Below are positions 50,001 through 62,741 of a stretch of 64,000 nucleotides of DNA, piece after piece. This DNA is from Catajapyx aquilonaris (lineage: Eukaryota): assembly GCA_000934665.2 (NCBI GenBank), contig JYFJ02002011.1, forward strand, positions 1 to 64,000, written 5' to 3'. The stretch's first letter is position 1; the number at the start of each line of letters is the position of its first letter. The notes under the pieces were generated by a model, which did not search any database, was not told the DNA's origin, and was given only the letters and a program-made list of their open reading frames with translations. The position numbers and the translations under genes are program-made.

Positions 50001-53000
50001 CGTGGGATCTATTTACCTTACCTCGGGAAATGTAATATATTTACAGTAGGACCCTCTACCTGACGCCCATCCTTTTCAAGATAAATAGCAAAACCTGAAA
50101 TGCATAATGATCAGAGTCACATAGAAACATGAGGCTATGTGATCAGTTGGTCTTGACCATCGGAAAGTGTCATTACACAATTTTGACAGGTCTTCATATT
50201 TTTTTCCCCGTATACAGTATATTGAAAGAGGTTATTGTCGCTATCACGCAGGGCTACAAAAATAGCGTTAATGCTGGTATTCCGTACATACGGTAACCTT
50301 GACCTTGTGTTGAACGTACTCGTTTATATACCAAAAAAATTGTAGTCCGGTGCACGTTCCGCATCCTTGCCTCGATGCAGACAAGTTACATGTATCGTTA
50401 CGACACCCTCAGCGGTATAAATAACTGCTCCTAAATTTTAATAAAAATGCCACGTTCAATCCGCAGTAACGTTGAGTTGGTCAGATTGTCGCACACATAT
50501 TTCTATACCAAATTAGCTCGAAAAATTAGCACAATATTTTAATAGCCATTAAGCCCAGTTGCTCATTGACTGTCACAGTAGGTCGCTCTATAAATCAGGT
50601 CCATAAAAGCATAAGTCCTTTTAAATGACCACCAGCATATGTGCATGCATACACGCATGCGCGCATACACACTCTTCCACGTACACACACTTCACCAGGA
50701 AGTGACCGACAAGCGACCCTACCGCTTTGGAATCCAGGCCACGCCATTGCTCAAAAGCTTCAGCAAGCCTTTCGGGGTGTGGCCTTTCTACTCTTCGGCT
50801 ACTCAGCTTTGCTTTCGGAATGCTAATCTCTGACTACTCACTTGCTGTTGATTACAACCACTCTTCTTCTTCGTTTTTTTTTTTTTTCATTTCGTGTATC
50901 CTTCGAGTGACGTCACTTCTTTTGCCACCTGTAGGCCTTGAGAGTTAACGGGACTCCTTTTGGAGCGACCTTCTTGGAGGTCTATTCCCAGAGGATGGCC
51001 CTTTTTAAAAGGGTGATTTGAGTACAACGTGATGGAATGCAGGTTCCATTCCAGTTCTGATTCTCAGGTGCTGGTCAATCACCTTGTTGTTTTGTTGTTA
51101 ACGGTGGTGAAGGATGGGAAATGGCCCCAATGTACAATAGCGCGCTTTATGGATGATGAGTTTTTTTTGCGTTGCATTTTTAGATGGTCAGTCACCTTTT
51201 TCTTGGGTTTTTGTTGTTGTTGTGTCCAGTTGGTGGCGATGCTTCAAGTGTGTACTTCAATTATTGGCCAGATCTAGCCCGATCCATTATAGTTCAGTAG
51301 AGATTTTTTTTAAATGGGTAAAATCAACTTCAAACTGCCCATATCTTGAAAGCATTCCAGTGTGATTCTGATCCCTCTGTTGCATTACAGGTCTTCAAGT
51401 GAATTTTAAGGGACAACTCACCCGCTATAGTAAAGCTGGATGCGACACCCGACTTGAATAATGATGAGCATTATGCTCATAGGTGACAGTTTTGACAACA
51501 TATTTTTACGGTTCTTATTTGAAGAAACAAATACCGTCAATTGGGGTGAGATTGTGCCAGCGCATATTTTGGACAACAGTGCGCCCAACTACGAATTTTA
51601 CTCGTCATTGTCAACCTTGACCATCCCTCAATGTAGTAAAACATGCCTAAATTCGTTTACTGCCAGTAGAGTGCACTGTTCTCCAAAAATTCGCTGGCAC
51701 AATCTCACCCCAATTGACTATACAGGGCAAGGGGGTAATCACTTCGGTACTCCGGTGTACACCTGCGAGTGGTACTCCCAGGTACTCTTTAGGTACTTTA
51801 CTCTTTGGTACCCCAGGTACTCCTTAATACTGCCGTACTCCTTGAATTTGGTACTCCAGTGTACACTTTTCAGTCGAGTGATTACGCCCTTGATACAGGG
51901 TGTTTCAACTTTTTTGTCCGAACAGTTATCGGAAATATTGCACTATAAGCTGCTACTTTGTAAGCAGTGACCTGCAACTGGTTTGTCGGAGGAATGGGGA
52001 ATATTCCCTGCGAATCTTAGGCTGAAGAGGCATACACTGCATGCTTACAAAGTAGCAGCTTAGTGCAATATTTCCGATAACTGTTCGGACAAAAAAGTTG
52101 AAACACCCTGTATATTTCTGACTAAAGTTATAATATAATATAAAAAGAGGATTGTTTGCTTCATGAAACACCTGCAGTAGACAAGCCTTCATTAATATTC
52201 CACATATGCAAAACTTCCGCCTGCAATGAGTTAAGGAGTAGTTTGTGACCATGTGCGTGTGCGTAGCCTTACTACCAACCGGTAAGCTTCTAGTACGTGT
52301 ACCGCCCCATGCACTATAATTCAGGTGCATATAATGTATGAATGAAAGAGCGGTGGATGATCGCGCATAACTAGACCTTTTGATCGCAACAGGTTAGACC
52401 AGACACACAAGCTTTCTTGGCAGCTTTGAACAGATTCCCTTGGCTTTGTGAACTCCTGTTTCGGGAACGAGCCCGGATAATTTGGAATGTGTCCGCCGAA
52501 AAAAGGTGGCGACACCGTTGTTTTTTTTTGTTTTTGTTTCTTTTGGTCATTAAATGACTGGTATGTTTTCAAATAAGATGCTTTCGCTTACCAGGATGTT
52601 AAGTGAAAAAAAGTTCACAAGGAGAAAGGATCAGTGTCGGTTCCTGTTATTATGCCAAATCATCCAGAATGACTCCCGGGGAAGTACTGCATATTGGTAG
52701 GAAAATTACAATACAAATGTAAAACTTAACTGTAAAAGCTTGGTGCATTTTATCAAGGGCGAAGAATTTTTCGCCTGCGGTCGGGTGTAAACCTGGGCAC
52801 AAAAGGTCAGACGGTACTGTTTACTCCCTCATTGACCCAAATGTTTAGTAAATCTTTGTGTGACTAACTGTCGCGTAGTGCTGCGTTCAGAACTGTCTAC
52901 CATCGCTGTATACAGTACGGTAACTAAGCGGTCATCTGATAGAACCAACGGTACTTTTCTCTCTCTTTTTTCCTGCAGATGGGCGAGGGGGGTTCCCTGC

Positions 53001-53265
53001 CACTTTTGACCGGTCGTTGATGGGCAGGTTGTGACTAAATAGGTGTAGTTCTTTGTCTGTCACCGAAAGGACAAGGTTACGCAAGCAGTCATTATCAGCT
53101 CAGGATGATTACGCAATATTTACCGAGGGTTAAGACGACGGAGTCAGTGCCCACTTGCATGACGTGGTCAGCCGTGCGAAGAAATCACGTGGCGGAGAAC
53201 ATTCCTTATGTTACATCACTTCAGTTTTATGGTTCTGTTAAGGGGCTTACGCTTAAGGGGCACGG

Positions 53266-53333
<68 letters not shown>

Positions 53334-53447
53334 CATCATCATCTTCTCCAATATCGCATTTTTCGTTCTGCCACCAGCTCGAGTGCGGCAATTGGGGAAA
53401 TGTATTGATCCAAAGCTACAATTGGTGAGGATACCGTTCTTGATGTT

Positions 53448-53479
<32 letters not shown>

Positions 53480-56400
53480 GGTCAAAGATTGTTTTGCCAT
53501 TTTCAGTTGAAAATGTGTCTCATAATGTACGATGAAAAGTGAAACTCAGTTTTGTTCTGCTTATGCCGGTTTTTCAAAAAATAAGCATTTGAAATAATTA
53601 GAAATTTTGGAATGATTTTCCATTTAAAACCACCACAGGAGGCAGCAATAACCTTAGATATGTTTTATTTTTTATTTTTTGTAGCAGTATAAATGATGGC
53701 TGCTTTTTAGCGTTGCCAATTGTTAGCTAAAATTCTAATTAATGAAATTAATGCCCCAAGTAATAGTTTCCCAAAAATACGGATTTCAATTGCGTATTTT
53801 TTTCATTACCGTATCTAATTAGTTTACGACAAAATTGAGTTTCATTTTTTCACCTTACTTTATTAGGAATAACTTGCACTACAAATCGCGGCTATCCACT
53901 TTTACCTTGTATACTGTACATTGCACAGTTTACAAACCGAAGAAAAATGTAAATCCGATGTTTTTTTTGGCATCCTGACCTATACGTGTTATGCATATCA
54001 TTTACATAATCTAAGCTATTTGGCATTGCTGTGGTATTGCTGTACTGTACATAATATATTATTATGCATTAATACGTTAAGATGGTTTCAAGAACGTTTG
54101 AATATAGTTATGTTACATTAGTTACTTCAGTGTGTTTAAGTACATATGTGATAATTAACATATTGTTAATATCATTATTACGTAGAGACGCTGGTGAAGT
54201 TTCTGTGTTAAAGAGGGATGTCTCAGTGTAACCTGTTTTAAAATATATACCCTTTTTCATTGGCTGACTGCAACTTTCGTATAGGAAATGTGATGATGAT
54301 GCTTTTGTTGTCAGCTACACCTGCACGTAAATGCGAATGACAAAATCTTAATTCCAGGTTTGACATTTGCAAGTGACATTGTGACACCGTATTTAACAGG
54401 ATCCAAGGGGTTAACCACTTCGGTACTCCGGTGTACACCTGCAGTGGTACTCTCAGGTACTCCTTAGGTACCGTACCTTGACTCTTTGGTACTCCTTGGT
54501 ATACTCCTTGAATTTGGTACTCCAATATACACTTTACAGTCGAGTGGTTAACCCTTTGGCAGGGTCAGTACTGATCCTGTTAAAATCCTGTGTCACAATG
54601 TCTGCAACATGAGTTACAGACTACAAGTTAGTTTACAATAAATCAACGAAGGAGTCACCCTTCATTGGTAGGGATATATCCGTAAAATACCGGGTGAACC
54701 AAAAAACTTGTTAACTAATGCGGCTGTTATGTTGGCACTCAGCTGCTTACTTTTAAGCAGTTACTTCTAATCGTTATCAAAATACTGATCTCCGGTTTTC
54801 ATAATTCTTATTGCTATTATTTAGATTAAGGTCAAGAAGGTCCAGCGTGATTCCGTAGAACCCTAGTATGAACACTGATGATATGCGAAAGAAGTCATAT
54901 CTTATTGAACTCATCAGTACGAATAAGAATGAGTGGCAATTCCCACGGGGTCATATACTGTTCAACATTATTTTACGCAAAATATTATTCAACATAATTA
55001 TAATGTGCTAGTTTTCAAAATAAATGCGTAGATGTTTAATATGCCAATTGGAAAGAAGAGGGTTTTTCGACTTCTTCGGACATCACGTTTTACATATATG
55101 AAGACCTGAAATGCAGAACGATCATATAGTCACCTTGGAATGACTGAGGATTTGAATTTAGAGAAATGCACTGTGCCCATTTATGTTTGTTTTTTAAAAA
55201 CATTTTTCTGGGTGTGAAAGGGACTGTAATATTGCACCGTAGAAGAAAACTGACTTGATCATCACAGAACGTACAGTACTAAATGCAGTGTGCCTAATAA
55301 TATCATTTCTATCAATATGTGACTCTGATCATCTGCAAATGAAGGCTTCATTTTGTTTTACAGGTGCTCTATGGTAAAACCTTATTGCTCCTCTCTTTAT
55401 TTTACATTATCATTTAGGCAAAATAATAGGTGTTCCACTTCAGTTCTGAGCAAATGCGAGTTGACTGTAGACTGTAGGGTCCTACCGTATAAAGTGCATG
55501 TTATGTGAACTAGTAATGAATTATTGATATTACCAAAAAATTATGGTCATGTCACCAACAATAATTGAAATATGATACTGTTTACGGTGTGACCTGCTGA
55601 GTTAGTAACACTGTAAGTAACTGGCACTGTAGTAACAGGCTTCTATAATAATATGAAATTGACTGCCAATAAAGATTACGCATTAGTACTGTATTACTGC
55701 ACTCGTAAATATGGAAATATTATACGCAGAACATTACTGCTTTACGATCCAACTGCCAATAGATTTTGATGGTTCTCACTGAATGTAGCTCAAATGAAGA
55801 AGTCATATTGAATTCCATCGTGTAATGCAAAGGGTAGGCCTATACTTTAAATGAAACACATATCAGACTGACTTGTAGATCCCTTGGGCATTATATTAAT
55901 CATCAACAAGTTCCGTGTGGCACAGTAGCCTATACTGTAAGTTCCATGAAGAAATGTAGTACACACATGGTTTTATTGCTTGATTATTCATCAACTATGG
56001 AGGTTCTTTTTTGGAATGACCTACTCAAGTTACTGTTACCGTTACCTGCTTTTGCCCATTTGGGTCTTTTGTTGATATATTACGTCGTTGTTACCTTATA
56101 GCACATAGCTTACTGATCATTTCTTTTCCTTATTTGTTTCTGGAAATTGCCATTGTGCTCCTTCCTGGTTTATCACAAGGAGGTGTACATCCCATTAACA
56201 CTAAATTACTGCAGTAATAATGTACAGTACATTCAGATATTAATGGGCTGTTTGGAAAATTAAGTGATTTTGGCTCCACCAAACAGACAGTTTGCTGAAT
56301 ATATTATGAATTTAAAATGAAATTATGCACATGCTTATTCACCAAAGCACATTACGGCCTCCCGAGATATTTTATTGGTGTCATATAACCTTCTGAATAT

Positions 56401-56566
56401 TAACGGTTCGTTAAAAAAGTGTGTTCTATAATGCATCAATGAGTTGGTAAAATATTTTATTATACTCGTACCGTATAATAATGTCTTGCCAGTTGTCACA
56501 CACATGAACAGAATGCCCTAATGGCTTTCAAAACATGTAGAGTATTTTAGTCTTACTTATTATAAT

Positions 56567-56634
<68 letters not shown>

Positions 56635-56693
56635 CCCCTAAAAACCTGTAAAGGTTATCACGGGGTAACTGAAATAAATAATAATAAAGAAAT

Positions 56694-56784
<91 letters not shown>

Positions 56785-58786
56785 GATGAGCGTGATGATA
56801 ATAATTATAGTCTACAGTGGCGGCAAAAAACTTAATAAACAACCAAAAGATACGATTCACTTCAAGCACAAGTTTGGTAACTCTTCGTAACCGATATGAA
56901 TGGAAACAGTTGCACGTCATCCGTCTGGAAGAAAACCCGACCCGTAGCGGATATTTCGTAATTGATGTCTGCTGAACTCATCCTTCCGGAAAGAGTAAAC
57001 TTTTCCTTGAGGCCAAGTGTGAGGTAAAGTAGCTCAAGAGTAGCACTTGAGTGGGGCAGTGGGATGAATGATGCGAGAAGCTGCTGGATGGGGGAGATTC
57101 TGGTAACGGTCTTGAAAAAAACCCCCGCCAACTTCTTTTCCAACCCCCCCCCCCCNCCCCCCCCCCCCCGTGAGAAACGACAGGTGTCCTCCTGACCCAT
57201 TTCAACCAGCCTTTCGATTGCTTGAAGACCACCGAAAAAAGGTGGGTGGACCACCTCCACCTTGTTTTGCACGGGTTCCCCCCCGTCCCTCTCGCTCATT
57301 CAAGTCTCCCAGTTATATTCCTTTCGGTGACAGCCGTTCCCGTTCACTTACTATTCATAGCTGAACGGATGTGTGGTTAAAAATTTTCGTGGCCATGCCG
57401 AGGCCTTGACCGAATAAATCTGTCGTGACCGTTTCGTTCCTAATATTTTTATGTCTGCTATTCCATCTGGCACACGGGCCTAATTTAGACGTAAAATCCG
57501 GATCAAGATGGGAATAGATTAGCCCGATTGTGCAGTAAGCAAGTGCATGTTTTTTTTTTTTGCTGTGTATGCAAACAATATTTTGTAAACTGGACGTGGC
57601 GCGAAACTAGAGCTGCGAGTTGCCCATGCCTTAGGCCATGTTATCTGTTTACTTGGCTATTCAGCAATGTTTTTGCTGGAGGAATCCACGTTACGCGCAG
57701 TCATGCAAGGAGTCTTTTTTATCCATGGCCACATCACTTATACGTATCAAAAAAGCGGGTTTGATGATAGAGTTAATTAATAAGTAATAAATTGCGAGAT
57801 GCCAACACCAATATGTGGTGAGAAGGAAATTAAGTAGGCTATATTTGAGGGGTTATGTTTTTGTCTTTTTGTTTGTTAGGAACTGTGAAGAGGGTAACCT
57901 TCTATGTATTTCTTTCTATGTATTATTTATTATTTTATGTCAGATATTGTGAAGTTTGAGGAGTTGAGTTCCCCTCAAAGTTCCTAATAGGGACATTGCA
58001 GGGTAAATGAAATAATAATAATAAATAATAATAATAATTTGAGGTTTTTTATGTCAGATATTGTGAAGTTTGAGGAGTTGAGTTCCCCTCAAAGTTCCTA
58101 ATAGGGACATTGCAGGGTAAATGAAATAATAATAATAAATAATAATAATAATTTGAGGTTTTTTATGTCAGATATTGTGAAGTTTGAGGAGTTGAGTTCC
58201 CCTCAAAGTTCCTAATAGGGACATTGCAGGGTAAATGAAATAATAATAATAAATAATAATAAAAATTTGAGGGGTGGGGGGGGGGGGTGACAAACCTCAA
58301 GAGTGTAATTTTTCAGGAGAGCGTATTTAAGTTTACACTCTCTTCACAAATCATCGTGCATGTTGCCGTCTCGTGCATGATACATGATTGGAGTATACCA
58401 AACTGTCATGTCTAGTTGCTAGGTGTTCAGATCAAAAAATAATAAAAAGTGAGGGTTGTCACGTTTTCCCACCACCCTCCTTACTGATGAATCGATCACA
58501 ATATTCAAAAATATTGCAATTATTCGTGACGTTTAACAGATAATTAATGTAAAAATAACCGGTTGACCTTTGGCTATTCTCCAGTAAAGGACATCGGAGT
58601 CACATGCGTTGTCGTGGGAGTGTTTTTTTGGGGGGAAAGGAATTCTCTCCTACCTTATTGTCGAGAAGGACTCTTGCCGACAATGCCGGCATCACTCTTA
58701 CCGTCATATTGGTGAAGTGGCGGGGAGAGGATGTGAGTCCCAACTCCGGACAGGAAGCAGAATCCGAGCCAGAGAGAGTAGATCAT
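44078..58786 (-). CDS. flz: Filzig-like (Stubble-related) S1 serine protease, 860 aa (exons 58786-58702, 49029-47305, 47241-47055, 46977-46712, 46636-46482, 44242-44078)
   Basis: Signal-peptide-like [16 protein letters not shown]; disulfide knot CMFNFEC...[11 protein letters not shown]; Thr/Ser/Pro mucin-like stem; [39 protein letters not shown] as recalled for Drosophila filzig. All phases agree (2583 nt). Assignment of the first coding exon is less certain. Confidence 0.9.
44367..44600. mobile_element. hAT (Charlie-like) MITE in a protease intron
   Basis: caggggttcgcaacct...aggttgggaacccctg; TSD gtacaggc/gtataggc. Confidence 0.85.
49620..49750 (-). mobile_element. tRNA-like SINE head
   Basis: Minus strand gtagctcagaggtagagca...ccgggttcgagtccc; no clean acceptor or anticodon stem. 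Confidence 0.6.
51534..51722. mobile_element. Small TIR MITE
   Basis: gtcaattggggtgagattgtgccagcg...cgctggcacaatctcaccccaattgac. Confidence 0.8.
51728..51892. mobile_element. P-element-like MITE inserted in the tip of a Tc1/mariner MITE
   Basis: caagggggtaatcact...agtgattacgcccttg; perfect TSD atacaggg. Confidence 0.85.
51896..52110. mobile_element. Tc1/mariner-type MITE
   Basis: cagggtgtttcaacttttttgtccgaacag TIRs; TA flanks. Confidence 0.88.
53265..53342. repeat. (TAT)n microsatellite
   Basis: Directly visible. Confidence 0.97.
54404..54558. mobile_element. P-element-like MITE (ggagtacc family)
   Basis: caaggggttaaccact TIR; TSD acaggatc/gcagggtc (6/8). Confidence 0.8.
56565..56783. repeat. 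(TAC)n and (TAA)n microsatellites around a retroposon 3'-end stub
   Basis: Visible repeats; stub cccccta...atcacggggtaa at 56634-56668. Confidence 0.9.
57933..58271 (+). repeat. Three near-identical tandem 114-bp units ending in (TAA)n
   Basis: atgtcagatattgtg at 57937, 58051 and 58165. Confidence 0.95.
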
Positions 58787-60399
58787 CTCACGTCCTGCAA
58801 GGAAGACCGTCACTTGAACAATGCCTCCTCTCTCCGACATCATCTGCTTAGGCGCCCAAAAAACAAATGACGCGTCTAATTCGGTACGCTTTAACCTGTG
58901 CTACTTTTCACTCAGCTATTTTTGACTTTGTCAATCTTCGAGAGGGATGTTGGGTGCACTAGTTTCTCATATTGTTACCATATGTCTGACAATCAGTTTT
59001 AACCTAGTTTTTCTTTTTTTAAAAAATGCTTATCAGTCTTGGGTAAATTTTTGGGAGTGTCATCCTGCAGCTAAGAGTCCAGTTAGAGATTATTTAACAA
59101 CGGTACCCAATCCTTGAGCAAATTTGCTCTGCCCAGCTGCATGGATGGTCAGCGGGGAATCTAACCACACAAAAACCTGATTTAGACACGGTCTTTTTTT
59201 TACAGTCACTCGACTGCGAAATGTATATGCTATTCTGAGTCCTCCTGATAGCTTACACAATAGTTGGGACATACAAAAAAAAGGAAGATGGAATGTCGGC
59301 TACCAGCATGACTCTCCTCCATGGCTGGATGCTGAGATGGAGGTCATCTCTATAGAATGGAATAGTGTAACAAAAGAATGAAAAGGAAAACCTGGAGGGG
59401 GAAAATGCTCAAGAGCTTTTGATGCTCCTTGTCGTTTGTTGATGAATTCCCCAGAGAATCGGATCAATCAAGTGGGTGCTTGAATACCACCCCCTTACTC
59501 TACTTGAAAATTGGGTCACTTGGCCGGGTATTGATGATGGAACATTTCTCACTCAGGAGGTGCTTGGGAGATGGAATCATTCACGTCAACTCTTGTTGGC
59601 AAAGAGTGCGTTCCCTGGGTATGAAAATACTGCCCTCAATTGCAGTCTTTTACAGCGAAGGAAATGATTCGACCGAGTTTCCTTCCTTTCTCATCATTAC
59701 TCTTTTGTAGCACACGGTATGTGTCAACGTGCTCCCGATTGGTTACCGGCGGCGTGGAATCATTTTTTGGGGCTCCGCTTATGAAACTGTTATGCAAAAA
59801 TTTGAGAATTTATAAAAGTACAGGCCAACAAACCATGAAAGCAGAGATGACACATTTTGACAATCTTCACAAATGCGTGTAACGGGTGACATTCAAGATG
59901 CCCTTCTGCTTCAAGATGAATGACTGACATGACAATAACAAAGATGCTGCCAGTTTTAGAAGATGGGTGATACTCACTGCACATTATTTTTAGTTGTGTC
60001 AGTGTTTTGTATGTCTGGATATAGAAAACCGAAGGAAATTATTATTGGTGCTGAACATGTCTAGAGCTGAATATTGTTGGAATGAGCTGCACCTATCATA
60101 AGGCATCAATTGTCATAATACTTTGGCTCCAATTTATATTACTAGAATTTGCATTCTGTGCCACATATGAATGTGGTATAGGTACCGCTCCTGAATGCTC
60201 AGACATAATTTAAATATTACCGAAAAATTCCGAAACAAATTCATATGACGCACGCATATGTTTCACGGTAGGCTACCGACGTGTGTCGCTACAACATAAC
60301 TCATCACCACAAGCCGACTTATATGCACTCCTCACAACACCTCTTCACCAAAAAAATGATAACAAGGTGCAACGACACCCAGAAATGACTCTGACTTAC

Positions 60400-60610
60400 C
60401 GACGACTGTAATAAGTGTCCACTACATTAGAAGGTGCTGTCCACTGCGTGAGGTGGGACAGCCTCGTTGACCCCCGAGACATGCTCTCGATAGCATGAAG
60501 GCGAACCACTCTGGGCGCAAAAATTGGAGACTTAGATAAAACACCAGAAGATTAATATTGGTCCAGAGAAATCCTCCGCAGCACTGCCTGACACTGAGGC
60601 TGGCACTGAG
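60400..60610 (-). other. Probable 5' leader exon of the filzig-like gene
   Basis: Strong donor cg|gtaagt at 60400; Inr-like TCAGTG motifs near 60590-60609; matching acceptor at 58795. Confidence 0.5.
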
Positions 60611-62180
60611 TGAGAGCAAGCACTGTGGCAAAAGGAACGGGGCCCTTCCTGCTGGCTCAGGGTGCCTATCCCAACTGGACCGAGCAACTAACGGGCTTCG
60701 GTGCCCTCCCCCATCCCTCGTCCCATCCTCCTTTCCCCCACCAATGCCACCTCCCCCTTATGTTAATGACCCATCTATGACGTCCCTTCCTTTCCTTCAA
60801 AAAGTTGGTACCACCATTTCAAGTGTGGTTGAAGACATGTATTTTTAGTTTCCTGGACAAGCCGAAGAGTAATTTTGTAGAGGGAAGGAGGGGGTGGAGG
60901 GGAAGAGGAAGATACCCCGTAATTTTCTAGTAGGTGTGGTAAAGTGGGGCAATTCGTAGCCCTGCCCAACGTGCCGCAAAAGTTGAGGAAAAAAAAAAAA
61001 GGTGGATACATTCCATTTCATATCCCTGCTTGTCCGTATCTTGGTGGCACAGATATGCTATACCGGTATTGCTCTGGTGAGGAATGCAGTGAAAATGACA
61101 CCGTTGTTGAGCGCGTGCTGGGCTTTTGCGTGATCCTGAACATTAGGCCGCACTCATCTCATTTGCGGATTTTATCAAGAGGGGTTGATTACAGACACCA
61201 TGCCAGTAGAGTTCAAGGTAATGAAAGTGTTATGTGTAGTATAATTTGTAATTAAAGTACAGCACCTACTTGTGGAATCGGCATCATAAATCCTGATAGT
61301 TTGGAATAATCTATTGAGTGTAAGTGTCTTCCGGATTTCAAAAATGTATTATGGACACCCTGTACTTTTTTGTGTTATTTCATTCTCTTGTTCCAGTTTA
61401 ACAATGGAATGAGCCATCCTTCCTTTAATAATTGTGCTCCATAAAGTTATGTTTTGACCACTATCAAAGATCACACTTTTTCTGAAAATGTAGTATACCC
61501 ATTTGATGACAACAAAGTGTGCACAACATTACTGTCAACCGGTTAATTTATCAGGTTCAGAAAAGCAACAAGTTCCATCAAGTTATAAATTTCCAAAAGA
61601 TGCAAAAATTCAAAGAGGACTGCAAATCACCAAGATACAAAAATCATTTACAGGCCTTTTACAATAAAGTCTTTCCGTTTTATAATTATTGCTATTAAAA
61701 TTGTCGGAAGTACGACACTGTCTTGTCGTTGCATCTGGCACGCAGCCTTTACGAGTATGTGCCTTTTAAATGGTAGACATTATTTTTAATATTTTCTTTA
61801 ACGCTAGAGTTCCTCGAGGGAGGTGTGGCTGGGTGGAGATGTGCAGGTGAAAATTCCATGTCTATTATTATGACAATTTTGTGCGTACACCTGAAGTACC
61901 CCAAACGAAGCAGGAAACACGCACGCCAGGCCCGCACGGATTTTTTTGTCACTTGTATATACAGTATACGTATGGAACGGAGAATCTGTATAATGTAGCC
62001 CCACCTTAACCTTTCAAGACCATGATATTGGTGCACATAAAGCAAATGTTTTTTCATATTCGTAACAGTTCCGCCTCGCATTAAAAATAGTTATTGTAGC
62101 AAATACGGGGTGGAACATTGCCCAAGTTCAGCCAAGCAACCAACTTAAACAGAAGTAACTCAATGTAAACAACAACTATA

Positions 62181-62741
62181 CAGGGTGTTTACGACCTAAC
62201 TTTACAAACTTCTAGGGGTGATAAAGGGGACCAAGACAAACATTTTTGACATAGGAACCCGTGTCCGGAAACGCCATCTAGAGGGGGTTCATAGACAAGG
62301 AACGGGTGCGCTCAGACGCGTCACGCGAGAGGCGCTAGTCGAGCGGACTGTTTTGTTGATAGATGGCGCTCGGATAGTAACCAACGATGCGATGTGCCAT
62401 AACGTGGCAACAGCAGAGCCATCTAGCAACTAAAGTCTGCCTCCTAGGAGATGCGCGGATAGTCAACAGCGGTTCTGTTGTTGCCAGGTTATGGCGTATC
62501 GCGTTGTTGTTACTTACAACGACGCGATACGCCATAACCTGGCAACAACTGCGCGCCATCTATCAACAAAACAGTCCGCTCGACTTTCGCCTCTCGCATG
62601 ACGCGTCTGAGCGCACCCGTTCCTCGTCTATGGACCCCCTCTAGATGGCGTTTCCGGACACGGTTTCCTATGTCAAAAATGTTTGTCTTGGTCCCCTCTA
62701 TTACCCCTGGAAGTTTGCAAAGTTAGGTCGTAAACACCCTG
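62181..62741. mobile_element. Tc1/mariner-type palindromic MITE
   Basis: Long TIRs cagggtgtttacgacctaacttt...; TA TSD. Confidence 0.9.

Noticed and set aside
56862..57299. 145-aa minus-strand ORF as an extra protease exon
   Set aside because: It crosses a homopolymer run containing an N, has no recognisable motif, and the phase-1 frame needed for inclusion contains a stop.
57933..58271. CRISPR-like array or hammerhead-ribozyme repeat
   Set aside because: No unique spacers or cas genes, and no CUGANGA...GAAA core visible in the unit.
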